Shown here: positions 1-8,459 of the stretch, piece by piece
How positions within the stretch are numbered: position 1 is the first letter of the stretch
Layout: each line of letters starts with the position of its first letter
Assembly: GCA_016699265.1 (NCBI GenBank)
Contig: CP064967.1
Location: 720,001-752,000, forward strand
DNA: 32,000 nt
Direction of reading: 5' to 3'
DNA from: Candidatus Saccharimonadota bacterium
Lineage (GTDB): Bacteria > Patescibacteriota > Microgenomatia > UBA1406 > GWC2-37-13
The notes under the pieces: generated by a model
The model's input: the letters and a program-made list of their open reading frames with translations, nothing else
Told to the model about the DNA's origin: nothing
Databases searched by the model: none
Position numbers and translations under genes: made by a program

Positions 1-119
1 TTTACGATTTCCTTTCGCGCAACATCTTTAACCGCTGCCCACATCGCTCTTGTTCGCTCTATTCCTCTACGACGCTCCATAACTGCAAACTATACCACAA
101 GTAGCCTCAAAGACAAGGA

Positions 120-380
120 TTAAAAAGAGATATAGCCGAGATCTTGGAGCTTGAGTAGAATGGATTTTAGATCGGTATTCTTAATGTAGAGATCTCCTTT
201 TAGGTCGACTCCTGTTGGATTTCTCAATACCTCGACACCTTTGACCTTCTCGAGTCTAGTGTATTTATCTCCTGCCCAGTCAAGAAAAAACTTTCCAAAC
301 TCAAGAGCTGGAGTCTGAAAAATAGACGCACTTTGCTTAAATATAAATATTCTAGGCGGATGTTCACTAAACTGCTTCAA
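120..380 (-). CDS. hypothetical protein fragment, probably the frameshifted C-terminal continuation of the ORF starting at 694
   Basis: 86-aa ORF with only a TTG at its 5' end. Its frame stays open upstream to about 465 and overlaps the tail of ORF 377..694. Adding one base to the T5 run at 454-458 (A5 on the coding strand) joins ...ESFYVK to KGVWVGKHPSLLPQF... in one ORF. No family recognised. Confidence 0.35.
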   Translation of the reverse strand: MKQFSEHPPRIFIFKQSASIFQTPALEFGKFFLDWAGDKYTRLEKVKGVEVLRNPTGVDLKGDLYIKNTDLKSILLKLQDLGYISF

Positions 381-694
381 GTATGAGTCTCGTAACTCGT
401 CCCCTTCTCTAAACTGAGGCAGTAGTGATGGATGTTTTCCAACCCATACACCCTTTTTACATAGAAAGATTCATTAGGTTCATACGGCCCAATGAAGTAA
501 TAATCTCCTTGATCGAGAACCTCATCAATAAAAGTTGCAGCGGGCCCCGCATTATGAATGGTCGGAAGTTTTTGAGTGTAGATCTTATATGCGGTGTTGA
601 AGGAATTAACCAGGAGAAATATTCCCGTGAAAATAAAGAAAATTAATGTGATTAAGCGCACAACTCTACGCAAATCACTCAACCAGTCGTCCAT
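377..694 (-). CDS. small membrane-anchored hypothetical protein (N-terminal part of a possibly frameshifted gene)
   Basis: The ORF track starts at TTG 757, but the in-frame ATG at 694 gives MDDWLSDLRRVVRLITLIFFIFTGIFLLV. That is a charged N-terminus plus one TM helix, followed by a soluble region. No family recognised. Confidence 0.4.
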   Translation of the reverse strand: MDDWLSDLRRVVRLITLIFFIFTGIFLLVNSFNTAYKIYTQKLPTIHNAGPAATFIDEVLDQGDYYFIGPYEPNESFYVKRVYGLENIHHYCLSLEKGTSYETHT

Positions 695-1808
695 TGCCTC
701 TACGGAGCCTTTTGCGGGGTGGGTTTGATTTTGCTTTGGAAAATAACCAAAGAACAAAGACAGAGGATATTAGGCCAAGCACCAAAAACATCGAGGATTG
801 GTAGTCTGTCTCCTTAAAATCCTGAAGTCCACTTCGTGGAGCTGAAAAAGACAACACCAGAAAGTACATAAGTCCCAAAACCAATTTTTGCAAACAGAAA
901 AAGAACAGAGTTAGTGTGGAAATACCTGCTAAGGTACCTATCGGAAGATACAGATCGAGATACTTAATCTTGGTTAGAAGTGGTAGATAACCTGCGGAAA
1001 AGTTTGAGATTATTGTCCATGAAAACTTAAATGGATTAAAGTGAGGACCTCTTACATAGTTTGGAATACTGATGTAGTACTTAGTGTTGTAAACAAAGTT
1101 CGCAAAATAAAAATCGTTCCAAGTTTTTGTAAGAAAAAGGTTGAGAACAAAAATACCGTAAGGCAGTATCGACCACGCAATGAGACTCAGCAATTTTTTA
1201 TCAACTTTAAACTTATAGAGATATGCATGCCAAAGATACAATACGGCTCCCATATATAGGAATGTAGCCGAGGACATAATCATGCAAAAAACAAAAAACG
1301 AGGAAACAAATAGACTTCTACCCAGCGACTTATTATCGAATGTCTCTGCTAAAAGAATCCAGAATGCGATGCTGAAAAAGAATACTGCAAGACTATCGGC
1401 CAAAAATAAATGGAACCAAAAATATAAAGAGGCAGCGGGATACAAAACAAAAAAAGCAAGAAATGGCTTTACCAAAGAAGGATGCTTTTTATAGATCCAT
1501 CGTCCGAGTAACGCAAACCCACCGAATTGGGCAACCGCCCATAAAACTCTCGTAAGAACAAAGGACTTACCAGAAAGAAATAAAAAAATAGAAGAGATAT
1601 ACCATGCTAGAGGAAGATGATGATCCCAAAAATCTCTATACGGTAACCCACCATTGAGAATGACCTTTCCTCCGAGGAGATTTATATATTCGTCTGGGTA
1701 GTCTACGTATCTACTATTTAGCAGGAATAGACCAAAGATAATGCCCAGAAGCAAAATCGAGGTGTAATTTTTCCGTATTAGTGAACTTAGTTTCTCTAGT
1801 AAGACCAT
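675..1808 (-). CDS. polytopic membrane protein, GT-C-type (ArnT/PMT-like, GT39/GT83-like) glycosyltransferase candidate
   Basis: 377 aa with many hydrophobic helices. The first loop LNGGLPYRDFWDHHLPLAWY resembles the conserved PYxD...PPL loop of ArnT/PMT-type enzymes. It lies in a glycosyltransferase cluster. Confidence 0.55.
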   Translation of the reverse strand: MVLLEKLSSLIRKNYTSILLLGIIFGLFLLNSRYVDYPDEYINLLGGKVILNGGLPYRDFWDHHLPLAWYISSIFLFLSGKSFVLTRVLWAVAQFGGFALLGRWIYKKHPSLVKPFLAFFVLYPAASLYFWFHLFLADSLAVFFFSIAFWILLAETFDNKSLGRSLFVSSFFVFCMIMSSATFLYMGAVLYLWHAYLYKFKVDKKLLSLIAWSILPYGIFVLNLFLTKTWNDFYFANFVYNTKYYISIPNYVRGPHFNPFKFSWTIISNFSAGYLPLLTKIKYLDLYLPIGTLAGISTLTLFFFCLQKLVLGLMYFLVLSFSAPRSGLQDFKETDYQSSMFLVLGLISSVFVLWLFSKAKSNPPRKRLRRGNGRLVE

Positions 1809-2878
1809 AACGATCTAAGTTTTTTTCTTTCAATTATCAACGTTAACAGATTAATCATAGCAAATATAATTATTACAGCATGTTTTAAACCCAGGTTATG
1901 CAGATCTCCCCATGTCCCATACAACACAAATGGATAGTAAGAAAACAATATTCCGATTAGAAATATCTGCATTCTTTTGATGAGTTCGAAGAAATACGGT
2001 ATAAAAACAAACAGACTCATAAAGTACCAAGTCTGCACCTCCTGAAATATCGAAAGATACCCAACCAGCAATGTGACAGAACAAAATGCAACAATGTTTG
2101 ATAGTGACGATTTTTTTTGAGCAATGACAAGCGGTAGGGTTATGTACTTGATACCTCCAGAGATGACGATAAACAATCTACCCAAAGTAGTGCGTTTTGA
2201 CCAAAGCAACTGAATACCGATGAGTCCGAGCGAGACTGCGATCAAGTCATTGTGGTTATTCATCAGTCCCTCGATAATCACCAACGGATGAGTGGCAAAA
2301 AACATAGCCCATTCAGAGCTCATTTTATTCAAAGCTCGCACTGCGAGAAGATAAAAGATTGAAAAGAAAACCTTAAAGGTTATGAGCGAAAGGCTGAATT
2401 TACCAAGACCAAGAAGCGATGGTATAAGTGTCATGGGTAGAAACGTTGGCCCGTAAGGATAGGTTCTGTGTACCCAATGCATGAACCGGAGTTCTGGCGC
2501 AGAAGGAAAGTCGAGGGCTCTATGCAAATATGGATTTTGATGATAAAAAGTTAAGATCTTCGCATCAAACATGTAGTTAAAAAGGTCGTGAGATAGGAAT
2601 GGGTATGCAAACAAAAGTATCACAGCTATGATTAGCGAAAGATGCAGAGCTGAGTATTTTTTATAGTTCTTTAAAAGATAAAGGTGAAAACCAGAGACTA
2701 GACAAATTAATGCTACAAATACAAAAGTTGAGTTGAGACGTTGGAAGTACCCAAACTGAATCATTACATTTCGAAACTGAGTCCAGAGATCAAAGTTGAG
2801 AAGTGTTAAGTTCAGATCTAGTAGAGAATAAGAATACAGTGCAAAAAGGGCCAATGTGATGCCGTATGCAATTACCAT
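1796..2878 (-). CDS. polytopic membrane protein, possible GT-C glycosyltransferase (DUF2029/GT87-like)
   Basis: 360 aa, at least 9 predicted TM helices, loop HWVHRTYPYGPTFL. It overlaps the next gene by 13 nt, which suggests an operon. The family call is from memory only. Confidence 0.4.
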   Translation of the reverse strand: MVIAYGITLALFALYSYSLLDLNLTLLNFDLWTQFRNVMIQFGYFQRLNSTFVFVALICLVSGFHLYLLKNYKKYSALHLSLIIAVILLFAYPFLSHDLFNYMFDAKILTFYHQNPYLHRALDFPSAPELRFMHWVHRTYPYGPTFLPMTLIPSLLGLGKFSLSLITFKVFFSIFYLLAVRALNKMSSEWAMFFATHPLVIIEGLMNNHNDLIAVSLGLIGIQLLWSKRTTLGRLFIVISGGIKYITLPLVIAQKKSSLSNIVAFCSVTLLVGYLSIFQEVQTWYFMSLFVFIPYFFELIKRMQIFLIGILFSYYPFVLYGTWGDLHNLGLKHAVIIIFAMINLLTLIIERKKLRSLWSY

Positions 2879-2890
2879 ATTTGTATGTTC

Positions 2891-2896
2891 TATAAT
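2891..2896 (+). promoter_or_regulatory. -10 box TATAAT 8 nt upstream of the GT2 start codon (leaderless-type promoter candidate)
   Basis: Perfect TATAAT at 2891-2896, ATG at 2905, no Shine-Dalgarno motif between them. Confidence 0.45.
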
Positions 2897-2904
2897 ATAC
2901 CTAC

Positions 2905-3735
2905 ATGCCCGATAAAATCAAAGCTCAAAACTCAGATCTCAAAACTGTGAATTCCCTATCGGTTCTTATCTATGCTCATAATGATGAGCTGAATATTGAG
3001 CGATGCATTGAAGGAGCTCAGCTAATATGCCGGAATATACTACTCATTGATATTGGTAGTACAGACAAAACCGTTGAAATAGCCAACAGACTAGGGGCTC
3101 AGATTGTGTCGCTAAAGCAAACCGAGTACGTAGAACTCGTGCGAATGACAGGAATAAAACAAGCAAAGACTGACTGGATCTTTATTTTGGACTCGGATGA
3201 GGTTGTTACCCCAGAGCTAGCTCGCGAAATAACTTCAGTAATCAGCGATCTGACATCTGAAAACCTGCCTGCCGGCAGGAATGGCCGACAACCGACAACT
3301 GCATATCGCATTCCACGCAAGAACATATTTAGTAAGAGCAAGTGGCTTAAACATGGCGGATGGTGGCCAGACTCACAAACACGACTTATCAAACGATCTG
3401 AGTTGGTAGATTGGCCAAGCGTTATCCACTCAACTCCACAAATAAATGGAGAACGCTCAGATCTAAAAGAACCGCTCATTCACTACTCACATGGCGACTT
3501 TAGTCAGATGGTTAAAAAGACAATTAAGTTTGAGGGAACGGAATCTGAGCTCCTTTACAAGGCTCACAAAAAAACAACAACATATACTTTTTTTAGAAAG
3601 TTCTTAGGAGAACTCTACCGTCGACTCATTATGCATAAAGGTTTCTTGGATGGAAAGGAAGGCATTGCCGAATCAATCTATCAAGCATACTCGAAGACAG
3701 TTACATACTTAATGCTCTATGAAAAATCAAGATAA
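2905..3735 (+). CDS. glycosyltransferase family 2
   Basis: 276 aa. N-terminal GT-A signature LSVLIYAHNDE...IDIGSTDKT and DXD-type motif ILDSDE. The downstream YRIPRKNIF...GGWWPDSQTRL is typical of this GT2 subgroup. Confidence 0.8.
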   Translation: MPDKIKAQNSDLKTVNSLSVLIYAHNDELNIERCIEGAQLICRNILLIDIGSTDKTVEIANRLGAQIVSLKQTEYVELVRMTGIKQAKTDWIFILDSDEVVTPELAREITSVISDLTSENLPAGRNGRQPTTAYRIPRKNIFSKSKWLKHGGWWPDSQTRLIKRSELVDWPSVIHSTPQINGERSDLKEPLIHYSHGDFSQMVKKTIKFEGTESELLYKAHKKTTTYTFFRKFLGELYRRLIMHKGFLDGKEGIAESIYQAYSKTVTYLMLYEKSR

Positions 3736-4825
3736 TGACAAGCTTGCACGCCGAAGTCGCCTGACGAAAGTGGGTCTATATGATCCTTATCTAGACGTAC
3801 TTGGCGGTGGAGAGAAATATCTACTCCAAATGTTGTCCACATGTGAAGAGATGGGATACCAGCCAACTATCTTCTGGAATAAGAATCTTCAGAAGGAAAT
3901 ATCTCAACGTCTAAATATCAACTTTAGATCACTGACCTTTGAAAAAAACATTTTTATCGATCCATCAATTCACTCCTTCCAAAGATTCCTTAAACTAAAG
4001 GAGTTTGACGTATTCCTATATATCAGCGATGGAAGTTATTTCTTCTCGGGTGCTCGACGTAACATAGTTCACGCTATGGTTCCCTTAAAAAACCTTTATC
4101 TATCATCCTCTTTAAATAGAATTAAACATCTCAACTGGTCATTTGTAGCAAATTCATACTTCACTCAATCTCATTTGAAAAACTGGGGAGTCAACTCAAC
4201 AGTTCTCTATCCATACTTGGATAAAAATTTCTTAGAAGCACCAATAAAAAAGAAGGAGCAGATCATTCTTTCGGTTGGTAGATTCTTTGGTCACCTTCAT
4301 TCCAAAAATCATGAAAGAATGATAGATGTATTTTTAAAAAACAAAAAACTTTCGAATGGATATACTCTTATTCTTGCGGGTGGATTAAAAGATGAAGATC
4401 GTGAATACTTCGAGTCCCTCAAGGAAAAAATTGGGGATGTAAAAAACATCATTCTCAAACCGAATGTTTCCTACGATGAACTTCTTGGGCTCTACCTCAA
4501 AGCAAGGTATTACTGGCATTTTGCCGGCTTTGGAATAAATGACGTGAGCCATCCTGAATTGGTTGAACATTTTGGCATTACACCGATTGAGGCAATGGCA
4601 ATGCGAGTTATCCCCTTTTGTTTTAATGCGGGTGGGCCAAAGGAGTTAATTGCTGACGGTGTCAATGGATTTTTATTCAATGATGAAGCTGAGCTTATCG
4701 GAAAGATGAGCAGCGTCATGAACGATGAAAAAAAACAAAATGAAATAGCTGAAAACGCACACAACTATGCGCTAAAAAACTTTTCTTTAGAAGTTTATAA
4801 ACAAAATTTAAAAAAACTCATATGA
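3719..4825 (+). CDS. glycosyltransferase family 4 (GT-B, GT1/GT4-type)
   Basis: 368 aa. C-terminal EHFGITPIEAMAMRVIPFCFNAGGPKELI...GFLF matches the E-x7-E retaining GT-B signature. Overlaps the upstream gene by 17 nt. Confidence 0.8.
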   Translation: MKNQDNDKLARRSRLTKVGLYDPYLDVLGGGEKYLLQMLSTCEEMGYQPTIFWNKNLQKEISQRLNINFRSLTFEKNIFIDPSIHSFQRFLKLKEFDVFLYISDGSYFFSGARRNIVHAMVPLKNLYLSSSLNRIKHLNWSFVANSYFTQSHLKNWGVNSTVLYPYLDKNFLEAPIKKKEQIILSVGRFFGHLHSKNHERMIDVFLKNKKLSNGYTLILAGGLKDEDREYFESLKEKIGDVKNIILKPNVSYDELLGLYLKARYYWHFAGFGINDVSHPELVEHFGITPIEAMAMRVIPFCFNAGGPKELIADGVNGFLFNDEAELIGKMSSVMNDEKKQNEIAENAHNYALKNFSLEVYKQNLKKLI

Positions 4826-5703
4826 CCCTTCGAAATACTCAGGATAATATTGAGCAAAGTCTAAAACTGATATCTGTCGTAATCCCTGTCTATAAAAAAG
4901 TCGATGAGTTCATTAACTATCTAGACCATAATCTTATGTATCTGAAGGATTCTGAAATTATCGTAATCAATGATGATCCTTATCAGAGTATCAAGAATCG
5001 TCTCAGCAAGTATAACCTTCGACTTATCGAGAACTCAACAAACCTTGGCTTTGCAGGTACCATAGATATAGGAGTCCGATTAGCAAATCACAACTTCGTA
5101 TTTCTTCTTAACTCCGATGTGAAATTACTCGACTCCTCTTTTCAAACCACTATTAAAAATTTGAGACTAACGAAAAATATTCGGCATTACTTTTGCACAG
5201 AAGGAGAAAGACGGAACTACTATTGGAAAAATAAACTTTTCTGGAATCAAGGACTTCTCCAGCACACAAAAGCTGACAATCTCATTGAAGGGGAAACTGG
5301 TTGGGTAGAGGGAGGATCGTCCATTATTCGCAAAGATCTGTATGAACAGATTGGTGGTTTCGATTCAATCTTCAGTCCTTTTTATTGGGAGGATATTGAG
5401 CTATCATACCGAGCGAGAAAGCATGGATATATCACATGGTTTGATCCAACCGTACTCGTAGAACATCATCACGAATCAACAATCGGAGCGTTTTGGAGTA
5501 AGGATCAAATTAAGACCATCGCTTATAGGAATCAGTTGCTCTGTAGCTGGAAAAATATCAAAGATACAAGAATTATTTTTCATTTCTTATTTCTCATTTC
5601 TTATTTAATTCGCAGTATTATTAATCGTGATTTTCCATTTATATATGGATTTTTTAAGGCCATTCCATTCCTTTTTAGTTCAAGGTTTTACAAAATAAGA
5701 TAA
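4822..5703 (+). CDS. glycosyltransferase family 2
   Basis: 293 aa. ISVVIPVYKK...VINDDP...LNSDV (DXD) and GGFDSIFSPFYWEDIELSYRARKHGY are typical GT2 motifs. ATGA overlap with the upstream gene. Codons around 5178-5226 look out of frame (see findings). Confidence 0.75.
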   Translation: MTLRNTQDNIEQSLKLISVVIPVYKKVDEFINYLDHNLMYLKDSEIIVINDDPYQSIKNRLSKYNLRLIENSTNLGFAGTIDIGVRLANHNFVFLLNSDVKLLDSSFQTTIKNLRLTKNIRHYFCTEGERRNYYWKNKLFWNQGLLQHTKADNLIEGETGWVEGGSSIIRKDLYEQIGGFDSIFSPFYWEDIELSYRARKHGYITWFDPTVLVEHHHESTIGAFWSKDQIKTIAYRNQLLCSWKNIKDTRIIFHFLFLISYLIRSIINRDFPFIYGFFKAIPFLFSSRFYKIR

Positions 5704-5712
5704 AATAGCAAT

Positions 5713-7341
5713 ATGCTCGCACTCTTTAAACGAACGACTGTACTCCTGTTTCTCATCTGCCTTGGCTCCTTTCTCTTAACCATCTATAGAGCGGGAGATG
5801 TTTCTGTATGCACCAATGCCGATGAGTCCGCGTTCGGGTACAATGCGTTCTCGATACTTAAAACGGGAAGAGATGAGTATGGTACTTTTCTTCCACTGAG
5901 ACTAAAGTCGTTTGGAGATAACAAGCTCCCACTTTATTCGTATTTTTCAATACCTTTCGTTGCTGCCTTAGGTCTGAATGATGTCGGGATTAGAGGTTTA
6001 AATATGCTTATATCAATTCTCCTGCCAATCGCTGTCTATTTCCTTACGATTGAACTTCTGGGTAAAAAATCGTATGGGCTGGTTGCAGCATTTTTTACTG
6101 CTCTGTCCTTGAGTACTCACATTACTGCGCGACAAGCACACGAATCCATACTAAGTCTTCTCTTGTCAATCACAATGTTTATTTTTTATCTAAGATCTTT
6201 AAGATCTTACAAACCAAAAGATATAATCCTATTTTTATTAGCTACAGTACTCTCATTGTTATCCTATCACCCAGCGCGGTTACTTGCATTATTTCTTGCT
6301 ACTTCACATGCGATTATGTTTTTCGTTGCACCAAAGATAGAGAAGAAAAGATTATTTGTACTTGGGGGATTTTTTATTGCCGCTCTGGCTCTTCTCTTGT
6401 CTGTGGACATCTTCTATAACCCTTCAAGATTAAACAATCTCCTCTTTGTAAATAGTCCTGGATTTTCACTTCGAATAAACGAACTCCGCGGCGAAGGCGC
6501 AAACAGATTTCTCTACAACAAACTTACTCTTGGGGCAAAGGAACTTATCTACCAAAATCTCGCCTATTACTCTCCTCAGTTTCTTCTTTCACGAGGGGAT
6601 GAGAACTACCGGTTCGGTTATCCTGGAATGTCCTTGATTACTGCCCTAGAGTTTCTATTTCTATTTATTGGGCTATATTATCTGTTCAAAAATAAAAACA
6701 AACATCGCTTTTTTATTGTGGCTCTACTGCTTGTCGCACCACTATCGGGATCACTTTCTTGGGCTGGAATCTCACTAACAAGAGTTTTGTTTCTTTTCGT
6801 TCTAATTTTTGTGATTGCTGGGTACGGTGCAGTTGAGTTCATCAAGGAGATTCCAAAAAAAAACAGAGCAGTGGCGATTGTAGCACTTATTATTCTGCAG
6901 ATTATCGGACTGTTTAGTTCTTGGGATTTTTACCTTAACCACTATCCTAAAAGAGCTGTTGTGATCCGCTCTCAGGAGTGTGGCTATAAGGAGCTAGCAC
7001 AGTACGTTTCTGATAATTACAGTTCGTATAAGAAATTCTATATAACTAAGCAGAACGGCGAGCCGTATATGCATCTGCTTTACAGACTCAAGTATCCACC
7101 CTCCAAATATCAACCACAGTCTCATCTCACTGCAGCCGATCAGTATGGATTCGGACAAGTTGAGAGCTTCGATAAATTTGTATTCAGTCTTCCGAACGAA
7201 CTTAACGAAAAAAACGTGGTCTACATAGGGTTTCCAGATGAGCTTAAAAATAGACCCGGTTTCAATGCTGGCTCAGATTCGAAGGGTCTAAAAACGATTA
7301 GTGTAGGAACCGAAGAAATCTTCTCGATTCTTGAGAGATAA
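5713..7341 (+). CDS. GT-C glycosyltransferase, family 39/83-like (PMT/ArnT-type)
   Basis: 542 aa. N-terminal loop NADESAFGYNAFSILKTGRDEYGTFLPLRLKSFGDNKLPLYSYF carries the DE motif typical of the family. It is followed by at least 10 TM helices and a C-terminal soluble domain. Confidence 0.75.
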   Translation: MLALFKRTTVLLFLICLGSFLLTIYRAGDVSVCTNADESAFGYNAFSILKTGRDEYGTFLPLRLKSFGDNKLPLYSYFSIPFVAALGLNDVGIRGLNMLISILLPIAVYFLTIELLGKKSYGLVAAFFTALSLSTHITARQAHESILSLLLSITMFIFYLRSLRSYKPKDIILFLLATVLSLLSYHPARLLALFLATSHAIMFFVAPKIEKKRLFVLGGFFIAALALLLSVDIFYNPSRLNNLLFVNSPGFSLRINELRGEGANRFLYNKLTLGAKELIYQNLAYYSPQFLLSRGDENYRFGYPGMSLITALEFLFLFIGLYYLFKNKNKHRFFIVALLLVAPLSGSLSWAGISLTRVLFLFVLIFVIAGYGAVEFIKEIPKKNRAVAIVALIILQIIGLFSSWDFYLNHYPKRAVVIRSQECGYKELAQYVSDNYSSYKKFYITKQNGEPYMHLLYRLKYPPSKYQPQSHLTAADQYGFGQVESFDKFVFSLPNELNEKNVVYIGFPDELKNRPGFNAGSDSKGLKTISVGTEEIFSILER

Positions 7342-7342
7342 A

Positions 7343-7978
7343 CTAGATAATTAAGTAGACGCTGAGGAGGTACAGAGCCTTGATAAGTATTGGGGCATAC
7401 ACTGAGCGTCTGTTTGCATAAAGAAATGAAAGACCTAAGTTTAAACTCAACTGCATTATTAGCACCTTCAATAACAAATCACCTGTGAGACCTGGCGTCG
7501 TAAATAGAAGCGGCACATTCAAAAAGAAATTAAGTATGCTCGCATAAAGACATGAGGTAATCATGTTCTTCGACTCTTTAAGTAGCCGTTCTAGTACAAA
7601 TCCTTGTGAAAGAAGCACCTCGGATGTCGCGGTAACCAAAGCAAGAATAATCCATTGGATCGCTTTTCTGTCCATGAAAAAGTGTATATCGCTCAAAAGG
7701 AGCATTGCCAAAAAAAATACAGATCCGAGAAGGCCGCCAAGAACCAATTCATACCAGATCGACTTCACCTTTAACCCCACAGATTTAATGAATTGCTTCC
7801 CCTCAAACTTAGTTATGAAGACGTACATGGGTACGAGAAAAATAGACGGTTTTGCGACGATCTCATCAAACCAAATTCCTAAATCTGCCTGAAATGCCGC
7901 CCTATAGAAGCTCCACAAAATCATTGAAATTGCCCAGATATTCAAAACTCTCTCGGTGTAGGTAAACTTACTACGCAT
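7343..7978 (-). CDS. multi-pass membrane protein, CPBP (CAAX protease/Abi)-like with degenerate catalytic motifs
   Basis: 211 aa with 6-7 TM helices. SEVLLSQGF aligns to the EExxxRG motif and ILNFFLN to FxxxH, but the Glu/Arg/His residues are mostly substituted. Confidence 0.35.
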   Translation of the reverse strand: MRSKFTYTERVLNIWAISMILWSFYRAAFQADLGIWFDEIVAKPSIFLVPMYVFITKFEGKQFIKSVGLKVKSIWYELVLGGLLGSVFFLAMLLLSDIHFFMDRKAIQWIILALVTATSEVLLSQGFVLERLLKESKNMITSCLYASILNFFLNVPLLFTTPGLTGDLLLKVLIMQLSLNLGLSFLYANRRSVYAPILIKALYLLSVYLII

Positions 7979-8027
7979 GTAATTAACTAAACTCTACAAG
8001 ATGAAAATCATGAATGCAATAGAGATA

Positions 8028-8240
8028 TTAGGAAATTAAGCGGTTGATTCTCACCCGAAGTGCTCGTGCAATCTTATGCACCACCCTTATGGATGGATTT
8101 ACTTTACCCACCTCTATTCGTGCTACGTAGGTTCTATCAACGTCGGATAAAAAGGCTAATTTCTCCTGTGAGAGAAAGCGCCGTCTTCTGGCACGACAGA
8201 TTTTTTCCCCCAATCTTTTGTAGAAAAAGTTCCCCTTCAT
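8028..8240 (-). CDS. XRE-family helix-turn-helix transcriptional regulator
   Basis: 70 aa. LSQEKLAFLSDVDRTYVARIEVGKVNPSIRVVHKIARAL is a classic HTH_3/Cro-C1 pattern. Confidence 0.8.
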   Translation of the reverse strand: MKGNFFYKRLGEKICRARRRRFLSQEKLAFLSDVDRTYVARIEVGKVNPSIRVVHKIARALRVRINRLIS

Positions 8241-8418
8241 TCCAAAAATAAAATATAGTATTGGAATGTGGCTGTCTGTAGATTATTTGCTACAAAAAGG
8301 AGTGTTTGGGTTGATCTAGCAATAAAAAAATCGCTTTATACCACAACGGATATTTATTATTTCTTATTTATTATTTTTTATTAAATTTTTAAATATAAAA
8401 ACGGAAGGTTTATGCAAT

Positions 8419-8446
8419 AAATGGCAAATAACAAATAGCAAATATG
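8419..8446. repeat. heptamer-phased word array AAATGGC AAATAAC AAATAGC AAATATG
   Basis: Read directly from the sequence; it lies just 3' of the rpoD stop in a very AT-rich 219-nt spacer. Confidence 0.6.
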
Positions 8447-8459
8447 TAAATAAAGATGG

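Noticed and set aside
425-1494. Plus-strand ORFs 425-646, 1041-1259 and 1282-1494, and minus-strand 1896-2084, inside the membrane-protein genes
   Set aside because: They are antisense or alternative-frame shadows of long hydrophobic ORFs. Their Lys/Asn-rich translations are typical of the reverse complement of Phe/Leu-rich genes.
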